Source: a virus
IMG/VR virus record: IMGVR_UViG_3300036985_007703
Coordinates: 64,001-128,000 of that record
Length of the DNA: 64,000 bases
Strand: one strand, 5' to 3'
Positions 45,478 through 54,266 of the stretch are shown one piece after another (position 1 is the first letter of the stretch; each line of letters opens with the position of its first letter). A model generated the notes under the pieces. That model ran no database searches and was not told the origin of the DNA. It saw only the letters and a program-made list of their open reading frames with translations. The translations under genes were made by a program, and so were the position numbers.

Positions 45478-48027
45478 TCACACCAGGGCCTTCTGCGAGA
45501 AACGGAACACTATGAACTCCGCGGGCTTGTTCGACGCGAGGCCCACGTCAACGAACATGAGGCCCTGGTCCACGGTGTTCTGCGGGTTGTTGGTCTTGTC
45601 GCAGATCACGAAGAAGGCCTCCTTGGGCGAGGTCCCCGCGAAGTACCCTTGCTGGAAGAGGCCGAGCAGGAACGTGTCGAGCTGGAGCTTCACGCGGCCC
45701 CACAACTGGGGCCCATTGTTCTCGAAGACATGCACGTGAGTCGCGTTGAACACGCTCTTCTCCACGAACTGGAACAAGCGCGTCATCTGGATGTAAGGCC
45801 AATCGCCGCCCGCGATGTCGAGGGTCTTGGCGCCCCAGATCACGCGGCCCGTCTGCGGCCAGCTCACGAGGCAGTTGAGCTTGTCCTGGTAGCAGATGCC
45901 CACCTGCAGCGGGGTGAGGTCGCGCTCCAGGCCGATCTGCCAGCTCAGCGCGCCGTCGCCCGTGCCGGCCGGCGCCTTGCCGACGTTCTTGTTGATGTCG
46001 GTCGTCGCGTAGCGTCCCGCCACGTGGCCGCCGCAGGGCAGGTTGATGGCCGCCTGGGTCACGGGGTCGATCACGCGCACGTGCGGGTAGTACACCGCGG
46101 CGTACTTCGTGAAGCGGCCCAGGGTGAACTTCTTCCAGTTCACGGCCTCTTGCGGTTCCAGGCCCTCCGGCGCGGTGAAGATCGCGAACTTGTCCTTGCG
46201 GAGCATGGCGTAGTCGATGACGTCCGTGCAGACCAGCTCGTCGGTTTGGAAGTCGGCGACCACGACGCTCATCATCGCGTCCACTTGGTCGAGGGCGTAG
46301 AGGCCCTTGTAGTCCGCGACGAGCGTGGCGCCCGTCACGTCGCTGCGGTCGAGGGCCGAGCCGTCGGCGCCGTCGAAGAACTGCACGACCACGGCCGCGC
46401 CGGGCTGCGTGTAGTAGGTCGCGGTCTGCGGCTTCGTGATCGGGGCCTGGGCGGGGTAGGTGTCCGCCGTGGGGCCCGCGGCCGGGTTGCCCGCGATCTT
46501 CCACGTCAGCGTGCAGGCGCCCGTGGTGTAGTCCACGCGGTTCGTGCCGTTGCTGTTGAGGGCGTAGGCGCCGCAGGGGCGCTGCAGGCTGAGGTTGCCG
46601 TTGCCGTCGTCGATCACGACGGGCCCGTAGTAAAGCTGCGTGATGCGCACCGCCGCCACCCCGTCGAACGTGTCGGCGAGCCCGCTCACATCGAGGGCCA
46701 GGGCCCCTGTCAGGTAGTTCACGGTGCCCACGGTGGTGCCCGTGCAGTTGCCGGCCACGACCAGCTTGAGGTTGCCCGCGCCGTCGTCGCCCGCGATCTT
46801 GGCGCCGTCCCCGTCCAGGGTAAAGCTCACGAGCACGCCCGCGGCCACCGAGGTCTTCGCGGTCGAGGTGTTGGGGTGGAGCTGGGTCGGCGTCGCCGGG
46901 GTCCATGCCCACGTGGTGTCCGTGACGAGCGGGATCGTCGTGATGATCGGCAGCGGGCTGTGCTTGAAGCCGAACTGCATCGCCAGGGTGGTCTTCGCCA
47001 CCGATGTGCCGATCTGGTACACGAACTCCTTGTTGGCGCCGTTGTAGGCCGGGGAGTTGCTGACGTCCCTGGACGCGTAGTGCGTGCCCGCCAGCTCGGG
47101 GGGCAGCTCGCGGTTGAAGGCCACGACCGCGGCGATGTCGGAACCCGCGTTGAGGTCGTTCAGCACCGTGGCGATGAACTGCGGGCTGCTCGCGTCATCG
47201 AGCACCACGCCCTGATAGGTCTCGAACGTGTTCCAGCCCTGGATTTTCTCGATGTACTCATCGATGGTCACGTCGAAGCGCGTGTAGCTCGCCGTGGCGG
47301 CCACGTAGTAGTCGGGGGTCCCGCTGACCACGGCGCGGTAGTTGTTGCCCGCGAGGCCCGGCCACTTCAGGTCGAAGCGGAAGGTCTCGTAGACCCAGCT
47401 TGCCGTGAGGAACTGGCCCGCCGGGAAGTCGGCCGGCGTGCCGAAGGTGAGGTGCACCTCGCCGGTCTCGTAGTCGATCGAGCCCGTGGTGTCCACGCCA
47501 TCGTCGAACCCGCCCGTGCCCGTGACGGTGAAGGTCCCATCGCCGTTGTCGGTGAAGGTGCCGATCTTCGGCACGACCTCGCCATCCGTCGTCGTCAGCA
47601 CCAAGGAGGCGGCCAGCGTGTAGGGGCTGGGGCCGTAGCTGCCGTGCGGGACCACCGGGGTCTTGGGCAGGCTGAAGCTGTAGCTCGCCGCGCTGTCGCC
47701 CTCCACCACGTCCATGCCCTGGACGTCTTTGGTGAGGAAGCAGCGCGCCTTCACGGCGTCGACCTCGTGGACCACGCGCACGAAGTACAAAGTGGTGCCG
47801 CCGTTCTGGAAGAACGCGTAGGCCTCGGTCGGGGCCAGCGAGGCCGCGGTGAAGTCGCCGAACTTGGCCGTGAACTCCTGGAAGGAGGTCACGATAGTCG
47901 GCTTGTTCGTCGGGCCTTTCTTGGAGAACCCGATCAGGCCGAGGTTGCTGGTGCTCACGCCCTGGATGGGGCCCGGCCCGCTGCTGCGCTCCTCGATGTA
48001 CACGCCCGGATAGTTACGCTCTGGCAT
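45478..48027 (-). CDS. Contractile tail sheath protein (gp18-like) with inserted domains
   Basis: YPGVYIEE, G...KGP...P..VTS..EF...FG, YAAVYYP, KAPAG, IWGAKTL, FE.N...LW..V, EAFFV.CD..NN, VGLA..KPAEFIV. Confidence 0.96.
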   Translation of the reverse strand: MPERNYPGVYIEERSSGPGPIQGVSTSNLGLIGFSKKGPTNKPTIVTSFQEFTAKFGDFTAASLAPTEAYAFFQNGGTTLYFVRVVHEVDAVKARCFLTKDVQGMDVVEGDSAASYSFSLPKTPVVPHGSYGPSPYTLAASLVLTTTDGEVVPKIGTFTDNGDGTFTVTGTGGFDDGVDTTGSIDYETGEVHLTFGTPADFPAGQFLTASWVYETFRFDLKWPGLAGNNYRAVVSGTPDYYVAATASYTRFDVTIDEYIEKIQGWNTFETYQGVVLDDASSPQFIATVLNDLNAGSDIAAVVAFNRELPPELAGTHYASRDVSNSPAYNGANKEFVYQIGTSVAKTTLAMQFGFKHSPLPIITTIPLVTDTTWAWTPATPTQLHPNTSTAKTSVAAGVLVSFTLDGDGAKIAGDDGAGNLKLVVAGNCTGTTVGTVNYLTGALALDVSGLADTFDGVAAVRITQLYYGPVVIDDGNGNLSLQRPCGAYALNSNGTNRVDYTTGACTLTWKIAGNPAAGPTADTYPAQAPITKPQTATYYTQPGAAVVVQFFDGADGSALDRSDVTGATLVADYKGLYALDQVDAMMSVVVADFQTDELVCTDVIDYAMLRKDKFAIFTAPEGLEPQEAVNWKKFTLGRFTKYAAVYYPHVRVIDPVTQAAINLPCGGHVAGRYATTDINKNVGKAPAGTGDGALSWQIGLERDLTPLQVGICYQDKLNCLVSWPQTGRVIWGAKTLDIAGGDWPYIQMTRLFQFVEKSVFNATHVHVFENNGPQLWGRVKLQLDTFLLGLFQQGYFAGTSPKEAFFVICDKTNNPQNTVDQGLMFVDVGLASNKPAEFIVFRFSQKALV

Positions 48028-48112
48028 CTGTCGATCCTCCCGTCGCCCGCGCCATCCGGGCGGGCCGTCTTGCTAGTTCCCCGCGCCTCACGCGCGCGCT
48101 GTTGCCCGTCGT

Positions 48113-48556
48113 CTACCGCTTGCGCCGCCGCCCCCCCTCGGGGCTCTCCGCAGCGTCCCCCGCCTCCGCTGGCTGCTCCTGGTCCACCGTATCACCGGAC
48201 GGCGGGGCGATCACCTTTTCCCCCGCCGCCACGGCCCGCTCCAGGGCCGTGGGCTCGACCACGCCCACACTCACGGGGGGAAGATCGGGGTTGCGCGTGA
48301 CGCCGCGCTCCGAGAAGTAACCCGCGAACTTCGTGGGGGTCAGCGCCGTGCCGCCCCCCTCCACCTGCATGGGGTGCACGCCGGGCTTCGCGTCCGCGGG
48401 CCGCCCGCAAGGGCGCAGGACTCCGCGCTTCACCATGGACTCCGTGCTGGGCACGAGCTGGTGGACCTCCACCTTGCCGTACGGCGGCACCGCCACCGTG
48501 TTGCCCATGCCCGTTGCGACCGACTGCACCCGACTGCCCGTATAGAGGTACCACAT
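48113..48556 (-). CDS. Hypothetical protein upstream of the sheath
   Basis: Start reassigned to ATG 48556 (TAATG overlap; MWYLYTG). Confidence 0.6.
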   Translation of the reverse strand: MWYLYTGSRVQSVATGMGNTVAVPPYGKVEVHQLVPSTESMVKRGVLRPCGRPADAKPGVHPMQVEGGGTALTPTKFAGYFSERGVTRNPDLPPVSVGVVEPTALERAVAAGEKVIAPPSGDTVDQEQPAEAGDAAESPEGGRRRKR

Positions 48557-49272
48557 TAGAACTTCGCTCCTTGCCCGCCCACCGCAGGCCGGTAGTTGTA
48601 CATCGCCAAATCCACGACCTGCAGCGCCGGCCAATTCTCCGACTCGCAGAGGTCGATCTCCGCCCGCACCGTCCACGACACCGTGAAGCCCACCGAGCGG
48701 TTCGCGATGTCCGTGAGGTCGGACACGTCCGAGATGTTCAGGTCGCCCGTGTCGTAATGCCGCACGTCCCCCTTGCTGTCGGTGACGGCCAGGGGGAACC
48801 ACGGCGGCTTGCACGCCCGCAGGATCTGCATGAGCATCCGCGTGGAGTCCGTGCGCAGGCGCGCGAAGCCCTGCACGTCATAGGCGAAATTGAAGGGGTG
48901 CGCGTTCCAGCGCTCCGCATACTGGTCATAGCCGCGCTCGCCCGTGGGGAGGACCACGGGGCGCGCCCCCGGCGCCGCGATGCGCTCGGTGCCGTACCAC
49001 GGCGCCCGGTCGTAGGCCACGTCCAGGCTGTTCCGCTTGATCACGTACGCCGGCAGGATGTGGTGCTGGTAGGCGTCGTCCGGCGCGCCCCAGAAGATGG
49101 GCACGCGCCCCCCGAGGTGGGCGAGGTCCGTGGGGAGGTCGCGCACGGTCACCGCATAGGCCTGGCGCTGCGTGCCGTCCACGGCGTAGCTCACCAGCTC
49201 GCCGCCGAAGGCCCGCATCACGCCCTCATCAAAGGCGCGGATGCCCACGGTGCTAAACGCGCTCTCGACCAC
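48556..49272 (-). CDS. Tail terminator / sheath stabiliser (T4 gp15-like)
   Basis: VPI.WG.P, LPA..I.R.....D..R, PFN..Y.V...AR......ML.QIL; synteny upstream of the sheath. Confidence 0.7.
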   Translation of the reverse strand: MVESAFSTVGIRAFDEGVMRAFGGELVSYAVDGTQRQAYAVTVRDLPTDLAHLGGRVPIFWGAPDDAYQHHILPAYVIKRNSLDVAYDRAPWYGTERIAAPGARPVVLPTGERGYDQYAERWNAHPFNFAYDVQGFARLRTDSTRMLMQILRACKPPWFPLAVTDSKGDVRHYDTGDLNISDVSDLTDIANRSVGFTVSWTVRAEIDLCESENWPALQVVDLAMYNYRPAVGGQGAKF

Positions 49273-49291
49273 CTCGGCTCCTCACCGCGGG

Positions 49292-49311
49292 CTGCGCATG
49301 CGCATGCGCGG
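49292..49311. promoter_or_regulatory. Conserved 20-bp palindrome, copy 7
   Basis: CTGCGCATGCGCATGCGCGG between the stop at 49313 and the RBS of the 49272 gene. Confidence 0.72.
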
Positions 49312-49312
49312 C

Positions 49313-49495
49313 CTACTCGTCGTCGTCATCGGGGGCATCGTCCCCCTCGTCGTCATCGTCGTCGTCGTCATCCTCGTCCCCCTCCTCGCCGGTCGCCACC
49401 GCGAGCGCCGTCTGCAGCGCGCCGTTCTGGCGCCGCAGCAACTCCGTCTCGATGTCCCCGAGCGTGCGATTCAACTGATCCAGCTTGTTCGGCAT
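49313..49495 (-). CDS. Small coiled-coil protein with a poly-Asp/Glu tail
   Basis: MPNKLDQL...EEGDEDDDDDDDDEGDD; RBS AAGGAG. Confidence 0.6.
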   Translation of the reverse strand: MPNKLDQLNRTLGDIETELLRRQNGALQTALAVATGEEGDEDDDDDDDDEGDDAPDDDDE

Positions 49496-49534
49496 GATGC
49501 TCTCCTTGGCTGTGCAACCCGACAACAGTCCGCA

Positions 49535-50461
49535 TTAGAACTTCCGACGCGGCGCAAACGGCGCGATGCGCCTGGTGAAGGCCTCCGCCGCCCCGCCCAG
49601 ATCACTTATACCGAGGGAATCCGCCTCCGGCAACGAATGGCCCGTCCAACGCCCCGTTTCTACATAGCGCACGTAGGCCTTCAGCAGCTTCGGGATGGCC
49701 TTCCCCAGGGCCTCCAGCGCGGGGCGCCAGTGGGCCTTGCCCTCGCCCCCGCCCAGCCCGAACTCGGCCCGCAGGACGGCCCACGCCACGTCCTGGTGCA
49801 CCTCGGCCCCCACGCCCTCGCCCGGCGGCGCCACCTGCGCGTTGATCACCCCCATCGCGCGCAAGCTCGACTCGATGAGGTCGGCCTCGCGCCGGCGCTC
49901 CGCCACGAAGTACGCCACCTCGTCGGGGCGCGCGGCCCGCGCCACGAGCGTCGCATCCTGGGGGTCCGGCCGGATCGGCAGCCAGTCCGGCGGCCACGGG
50001 CTGTACCGCGCCAGCACCTCGACGAAGGGCCGCGCGCCGGGCCGCGGCACCACGAACAGCAGCGTGGTCCCCACCTGCTGCTCCGTGAGCCCCTCGGGCT
50101 GCCCCTCGAAGTACACCGCGACGCCCTCCCCCGCGTCGACGCCCTCCAGCAGGGCGATCTGGAGCTGCTCCGCATAGGGGATCGTCCCGAGGCTCGGCGC
50201 ACGGGCGCGCACCTCCTCGCGCAGCACGTCGGCCAGCGCCAGCAGGAACAGCTCGCGCCCCTTCGCCATGCGCTTGGGGTAGAGCGTGAAGAACCGCTTG
50301 ATGTCCCGCCCCGTCTGGGGGGCCCACCCGAAGACCGGCACCGGCGAGGCCTGCGCGCGCGGGGCGTTCCCCGCCTTGGTCCCCGCCGGGGGGCGGACGC
50401 GCTTCAGGGGGACGTTGCGCCCCTTGAACCGCTGTCCCGTGCCCGTGAACGCCTTGCCCAC
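49535..50461 (-). CDS. Putative neck/tail completion protein (HK97 gp10-like C-terminal motif)
   Basis: LRAEFG......HWRPAL resembles the EFG...RP..RPA motif; lies before the tail terminator. Confidence 0.5.
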   Translation of the reverse strand: MGKAFTGTGQRFKGRNVPLKRVRPPAGTKAGNAPRAQASPVPVFGWAPQTGRDIKRFFTLYPKRMAKGRELFLLALADVLREEVRARAPSLGTIPYAEQLQIALLEGVDAGEGVAVYFEGQPEGLTEQQVGTTLLFVVPRPGARPFVEVLARYSPWPPDWLPIRPDPQDATLVARAARPDEVAYFVAERRREADLIESSLRAMGVINAQVAPPGEGVGAEVHQDVAWAVLRAEFGLGGGEGKAHWRPALEALGKAIPKLLKAYVRYVETGRWTGHSLPEADSLGISDLGGAAEAFTRRIAPFAPRRKF

Positions 50462-50462
50462 G

Positions 50463-51155
50463 CTAGGCGCCCTGGGCCTGCCCCTGGGGCTTGCGCTTGG
50501 TGGGCACCTGGGCCTGCGCCTTCAGCGCCCGCCGCGTCTCGTGCCCCTTCTTTGCCGCCGCGCTGCGCTTGGCCGCCACCTGCTGCACCGCCAAGGCCTT
50601 GGCCGCCTTCTTCTGCGTGCGCTGCGCGCTGATCAGCTTCGCCGCCATCGTGACGCGGCCCTCGCGCTGCTTCTCGGCCGGCTTCAACCGCTCCATCCCC
50701 ATACGCCGCGAGGCGCCCTTGAGGTGCTGGCGGATGCCCTCCATCATGCTCTGGCGCTTGGTGCGCTTGGGCCGGAAGCCGTAGTGGCGCTTCACCTGGT
50801 TCTTCCAGAAGCGCATGGCCTGCTCGTAGTTCGGCTTGCCCTTGGCCACGATCCGCCCCTCGGTCGCCATGCGCGCCACCGCGCTCCACCAGAAGGCCGC
50901 GGAGTCTGGGAACGGGATCTGCGCGGGGTCGATCAGGTACCACGGCGGCTGCAGGTAGCGCCCGTACTTGGCCTTGGCCTGCTCCATCGTCAGCTTCTCG
51001 GGCCGCGGGTTGCGCGTCGGCATGCGGGGCTGGATCGCGCGCTCCTCCAGCAGGGCCGCAAGGCGCCCCGCCAGCCCCTCGTTGCGTACGCGCATACGCA
51101 GGGGAGAGCCCGTGATCGCCCGCAGGGCCCCCGCGAGTTGCCCCGCCGTCCTCAC
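50463..51155 (-). CDS. Highly basic protein, putative internal/DNA-binding virion protein
   Basis: GTG 51155 overlaps the upstream TGA; K/R/A-rich C-terminus; LLEE and MME|G sites. Confidence 0.6.
   Translation of the reverse strand: MRTAGQLAGALRAITGSPLRMRVRNEGLAGRLAALLEERAIQPRMPTRNPRPEKLTMEQAKAKYGRYLQPPWYLIDPAQIPFPDSAAFWWSAVARMATEGRIVAKGKPNYEQAMRFWKNQVKRHYGFRPKRTKRQSMMEGIRQHLKGASRRMGMERLKPAEKQREGRVTMAAKLISAQRTQKKAAKALAVQQVAAKRSAAAKKGHETRRALKAQAQVPTKRKPQGQAQGA
51082..51101. promoter_or_regulatory. Conserved 20-bp palindrome, copy 8 (intragenic, near the 5' end)
   Basis: TTGCGTACGCGCATACGCAG, with a symmetric change in both arms. Confidence 0.6.
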
Positions 51156-51526
51156 AACTGCACCGCCGGCATCGGCACGTGCGCGAGGGCCGGGCGGCCG
51201 TCCGCCATCCCCTTGGGCACGTACTGGTGCACGAGGGGCTCGTGCCCCGCGCAGACCCCGATGAGGCCGGGCTGGCCCGCCACGCGGATCCCCGCATGCG
51301 AGGCCGCCCCGCACAGGAAGCAGTAGCCCGCGAGGTGCCCGAGGAGCGGCCCCTTATACCAGGGGTAGGTGCCCCCGCCCCAGGGCCCGCAGCAGGCCTC
51401 CCCGCGCGCCGTGGCCTCGCAGTAGGGGAGGCCGCGCTCGCGCCCCCACCAGTAGCGGTCGCACATCGCGCACGCCCAGACGACGCCCTCCCGGAGCGCC
51501 GCCCCCACGTCCCGCGCCGCGCTCAC
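51152..51526 (-). CDS. Cys-rich putative zinc-binding protein
   Basis: CAMC, C......CC, CFLC, C..H; GTGA overlap. Confidence 0.6.
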   Translation of the reverse strand: MSAARDVGAALREGVVWACAMCDRYWWGRERGLPYCEATARGEACCGPWGGGTYPWYKGPLLGHLAGYCFLCGAASHAGIRVAGQPGLIGVCAGHEPLVHQYVPKGMADGRPALAHVPMPAVQL

Positions 51527-51825
51527 GCGAACCTCGCGCTCACGCGGAACCGCGTGGTGTCCCCGTGCCCCCGCCAGCCCGCCATCTCCACGTAGGCCTG
51601 CACGCGGTAGTCCCCGGCCTGATCCCAGTCCCCCGCCTGCACGAAGTAGGCGATGCTCGTGGTGCCCTCCAGGGCCCCCACCCACGTCACCAGCGTGCCG
51701 TCCGGCTTCTGCACGTGCAGCTCGCGCGTGGTCGCCGCCGTGATGTCCACGCAGGCGTCCACGACGATCTTCGTGCCGATGTCGCCGACGTAATACTTCG
51801 AGATGCCATCGCAACAGTCAGCCAT
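51523..51825 (-). CDS. Ig-like (BppU N-terminal-like) virion protein
   Basis: GD.GT.I, KPDGT...W, Y....GD.DQAG.Y.VQ. Confidence 0.6.
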   Translation of the reverse strand: MADCCDGISKYYVGDIGTKIVVDACVDITAATTRELHVQKPDGTLVTWVGALEGTTSIAYFVQAGDWDQAGDYRVQAYVEMAGWRGHGDTTRFRVSARFA

Positions 51826-52006
51826 CGGCCGGATCCTCCTCTAGCCCGAGCTTCGAGCACATCGCCAGCGTGCGCGCCACGCACCCCACCAGCGCCAGCC
51901 CCGGCGCCGCGGGCCCCCGCAGCGCCACCAGCGTAGCGCAGGGCGAGCACGCGGCCAAGGTTTGCGCCACGCACGAGGTCAGGCACAGGCGGTCCTCGTC
52001 AGCCAT
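51818..52006 (-). CDS. Small Cys-containing hypothetical protein
   Basis: RBS GGAGG, tightly packed. Confidence 0.45.
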   Translation of the reverse strand: MADEDRLCLTSCVAQTLAACSPCATLVALRGPAAPGLALVGCVARTLAMCSKLGLEEDPADG

Positions 52007-52007
52007 C

Positions 52008-52172
52008 CTAGCAGTCCTCCGTCCGCTTGGGCGCGCTGATCAGGCCCAAGCGCAGCGCGATCCGCGAGCACAGGCGCACGATCTCCCGCAGGTGCCCCAC
52101 CCAGGCCCCCGCGTAGCCCTGCGTCGCCATCAAGCTCTTGGGCCCGAGCCCGCGCGTCACGATGCGGTTCAC
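52008..52172 (-). CDS. Small hypothetical protein
   Basis: GTGA overlap; MNRIVTRGLG...; fills the gap. Confidence 0.45.
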   Translation of the reverse strand: MNRIVTRGLGPKSLMATQGYAGAWVGHLREIVRLCSRIALRLGLISAPKRTEDC

Positions 52173-52642
52173 GCGGGCACCCGCTCGAAGACGTTCTCCA
52201 TCGTGGGGAGCCCCGCCTGGTCCTTCAAATCGAACGTCAAGATCGGCGTGGTGTCGTCCGCCCCGTAGAAGATCATCTGGTCGCCGATGATGCGCCAGCG
52301 CCCCGTCTCCACCTGCCGCACGAGCGCGAGGTCCGCCTGGAGCGCGAGGTCGTGCACCGTCACGTCCTCGACCACCACGCACAGCACGCCATTGGCGTCG
52401 ACGAGCTGGTACTCCGCCACGTACTGCTCCACGGGGAGCGCCGGGGGGAGCCACACGAGGCGCCACGTGCTCGATGCCCCCACCTGCGCGAGGTCCGTCA
52501 GGGGGAGGTCCTCGACCTCGCCGCCCCCCGCCACGTGGTATACGCGCACCGCGGCCCCCGCCACGTCGAGCTTGGGCGTCCCGTCCAGGTCCACCGCGAG
52601 CACCTGGAGCACCACCTGCGCCGGGTTCGGCCGTAGCAGCAT
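52169..52642 (-). CDS. Hypothetical virion structural protein
   Basis: 157 aa, beta-rich; RBS GAGGAGG. Confidence 0.6.
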   Translation of the reverse strand: MLLRPNPAQVVLQVLAVDLDGTPKLDVAGAAVRVYHVAGGGEVEDLPLTDLAQVGASSTWRLVWLPPALPVEQYVAEYQLVDANGVLCVVVEDVTVHDLALQADLALVRQVETGRWRIIGDQMIFYGADDTTPILTFDLKDQAGLPTMENVFERVPA

Positions 52643-52651
52643 CCCGCCTCC

Positions 52652-53134
52652 TCAGCGCGTCAGCGCCAGCCCCGTGACGATCGCCCCGAGCACCACGGCG
52701 GCCCCCGCCGCGACGCCCGCAAGGATGCCCATGCGCTTGGCCCGCGCGCGCTCCGCCTCCGTCTTCCCCAGCGCCTCGCGCGCCCGCTCCTCCGCCAGCG
52801 CCTCGCGCGCGAGGGCCGCGTCCGTGGCGCCCTTCTGCACCTCTGCCTGCGCCTCGTTCAGCGCGGTCCGCGCCACCTGCGTGGCGTACAACGTCTCCGC
52901 ACGGGCCGCCCAGTCGAGCAAGGCGCGGTAGTCGAGCACGATGTGCCCGAGGTCCCGCCACTCATCGAGCGTGAAGCACTTCTGGTCCGCGCTACCGATG
53001 TGGCAGATCGCCCCCGGCGGGAGCGCGCGCTCCACCATCGGCCGCGGGGGCAGCTCCTCCGCCCACGCCGGCATGCTCACGGCCATACAGCACAGCATCC
53101 ACAGCCCCAAGGCTCGTCGCGCCATCAATCGCAT
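52652..53134 (-). CDS. Exported coiled-coil protein with a C-terminal TM helix (spanin-like)
   Basis: Signal peptide-like N-terminus (AWA|EE), two Cys, coiled coil and hydrophobic C-terminus; overlaps the upstream membrane gene. Confidence 0.5.
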   Translation of the reverse strand: MRLMARRALGLWMLCCMAVSMPAWAEELPPRPMVERALPPGAICHIGSADQKCFTLDEWRDLGHIVLDYRALLDWAARAETLYATQVARTALNEAQAEVQKGATDAALAREALAEERAREALGKTEAERARAKRMGILAGVAAGAAVVLGAIVTGLALTR

Positions 53135-53396
53135 CGTGTCCTCCCTGCGTGTCCGCCGCCACCGCCGCGCCCCCCGCCCGCGTCGCCGCGTCCGCGGCGT
53201 CCAGCGCCCCCTCCGCGACCTTGATCGGCCCCAGGGCCGGCGTGGGGTCGGGTAGGGGCCCCGGCGCGGGCTGAGGTGCCACGGGCACCTTGGTGCGCCG
53301 CACGCGCACCGCGATCAGGATGCCCATCACCAGCCCCATGACTGCCGAGGTGAGCACCTGCCAGTGGTCCTTCGCCCAATCCCATACCGCGCTCAT
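52992..53396 (-). CDS. N-terminally membrane-anchored Pro/Ala-rich protein (spanin-like)
   Basis: ATGA overlap, RBS GGAAAGAG; MSAVWDWAKDHWQVLTSAVMGLVMGILIAV, then a Pro-rich linker. Confidence 0.5.
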   Translation of the reverse strand: MSAVWDWAKDHWQVLTSAVMGLVMGILIAVRVRRTKVPVAPQPAPGPLPDPTPALGPIKVAEGALDAADAATRAGGAAVAADTQGGHDAIDGATSLGAVDAVLYGREHAGVGGGAAPAADGGARAPAGGDLPHR

Positions 53397-53755
53397 GCGT
53401 GTCTCTTTCTGGGGGGGATCGGCCCGGTCTGCCCCACGTTCCCCCGCCTGCGTAGCAGCCACCAGATCGCGAGCCCCCCGAGGGTGTTGGCGATCATGTC
53501 GCGCCAGCTCGCCCCGTACCGGAAGCACCCGTCCCAGAGGACCTCCCAGAGCCCCATCATCGCGGCCCACGCCACGAGAGGCCCCCACCACTTGCCAAGC
53601 CAGCGGCTCAGCAGCCAACCGAGGAAGAACACGATGAGGAAGTGCATCAGCTTGTCGGGCAGCGCCACGTTCCACGCCTCTGGGAGCCCCAGCTCGTCGA
53701 GCCGCAGCATCTCCCACCAATAGTCCTCCCCCTCCCAGCGAAATTGCATCGTCAC
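53393..53755 (-). CDS. VanZ-like membrane protein
   Basis: DKLMHF....LG, G..E, SWRDMIANTLG signature; three hydrophobic segments. Confidence 0.75.
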   Translation of the reverse strand: MTMQFRWEGEDYWWEMLRLDELGLPEAWNVALPDKLMHFLIVFFLGWLLSRWLGKWWGPLVAWAAMMGLWEVLWDGCFRYGASWRDMIANTLGGLAIWWLLRRRGNVGQTGPIPPRKRHA

Positions 53756-54258
53756 GCCTCCTTGCCCATCGCCTCAAAGTCCGCCCCGTGCGCGCGACAG
53801 AAATCCCGGATGTCCTCGGGAGTCGTCAGCTCGGGCGGCAACTCCCCCTCCACCGCCACCCCGGCCGCCCGCAGGAAGATCGCGATCAGCTCGGAGCACT
53901 TCACCGACGAGGTCTGCCACCGGATCCGCGTCACCTTCACGCGGAACCACTCCTTGAGCATGAGCGCCCACGCGATCACGAGGAGGCCCTCGTAGTCGTA
54001 GCGCGCCCCCATCTCGTCGGAGATCGCCGCGAGCCCCGCCCGCGCCCCAAACTTGCACCGATACTCCGCCACGACGTGGTGCCGCGCCCGGATCGACGGC
54101 ACCATGCGCACGCCCCCGATGCGCGCCTCCGCCACCATGCGGCGCCCCCACACCGGGAACTCGATCATGCAGTGCGAGACCGGGCTACGGGTGATCCACC
54201 GGATCACCGCACCCAGCGGCGTCTTGGAGGCAGTCAGCACGATGCGCACGTCGTCCAT
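53752..54258 (-). CDS. Permuted papain-like amidase (YiiX/YaeF, NlpC/P60 superfamily)
   Basis: IRW.T.S..SH, EA...GV, G..YD, CSEL+A, TP.D, with His before Cys (permuted order). Confidence 0.8.
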   Translation of the reverse strand: MDDVRIVLTASKTPLGAVIRWITRSPVSHCMIEFPVWGRRMVAEARIGGVRMVPSIRARHHVVAEYRCKFGARAGLAAISDEMGARYDYEGLLVIAWALMLKEWFRVKVTRIRWQTSSVKCSELIAIFLRAAGVAVEGELPPELTTPEDIRDFCRAHGADFEAMGKEA

Positions 54259-54266
54259 GCCACTCC

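Noticed and set aside
26645-48027. Extracellular contractile injection system, tailocin or T6SS
   Set aside because: Major capsid and neck genes lie in the same co-oriented gene run, so this is a phage virion module.
13403-50632. Many long plus-strand ORFs (e.g. 13403..16258, 26735..29689, 29490..32318, 45649..48300)
   Set aside because: They are antisense shadows of well-supported minus-strand genes in high-GC DNA, with R/H/V/P-rich translations and no recognisable motifs.
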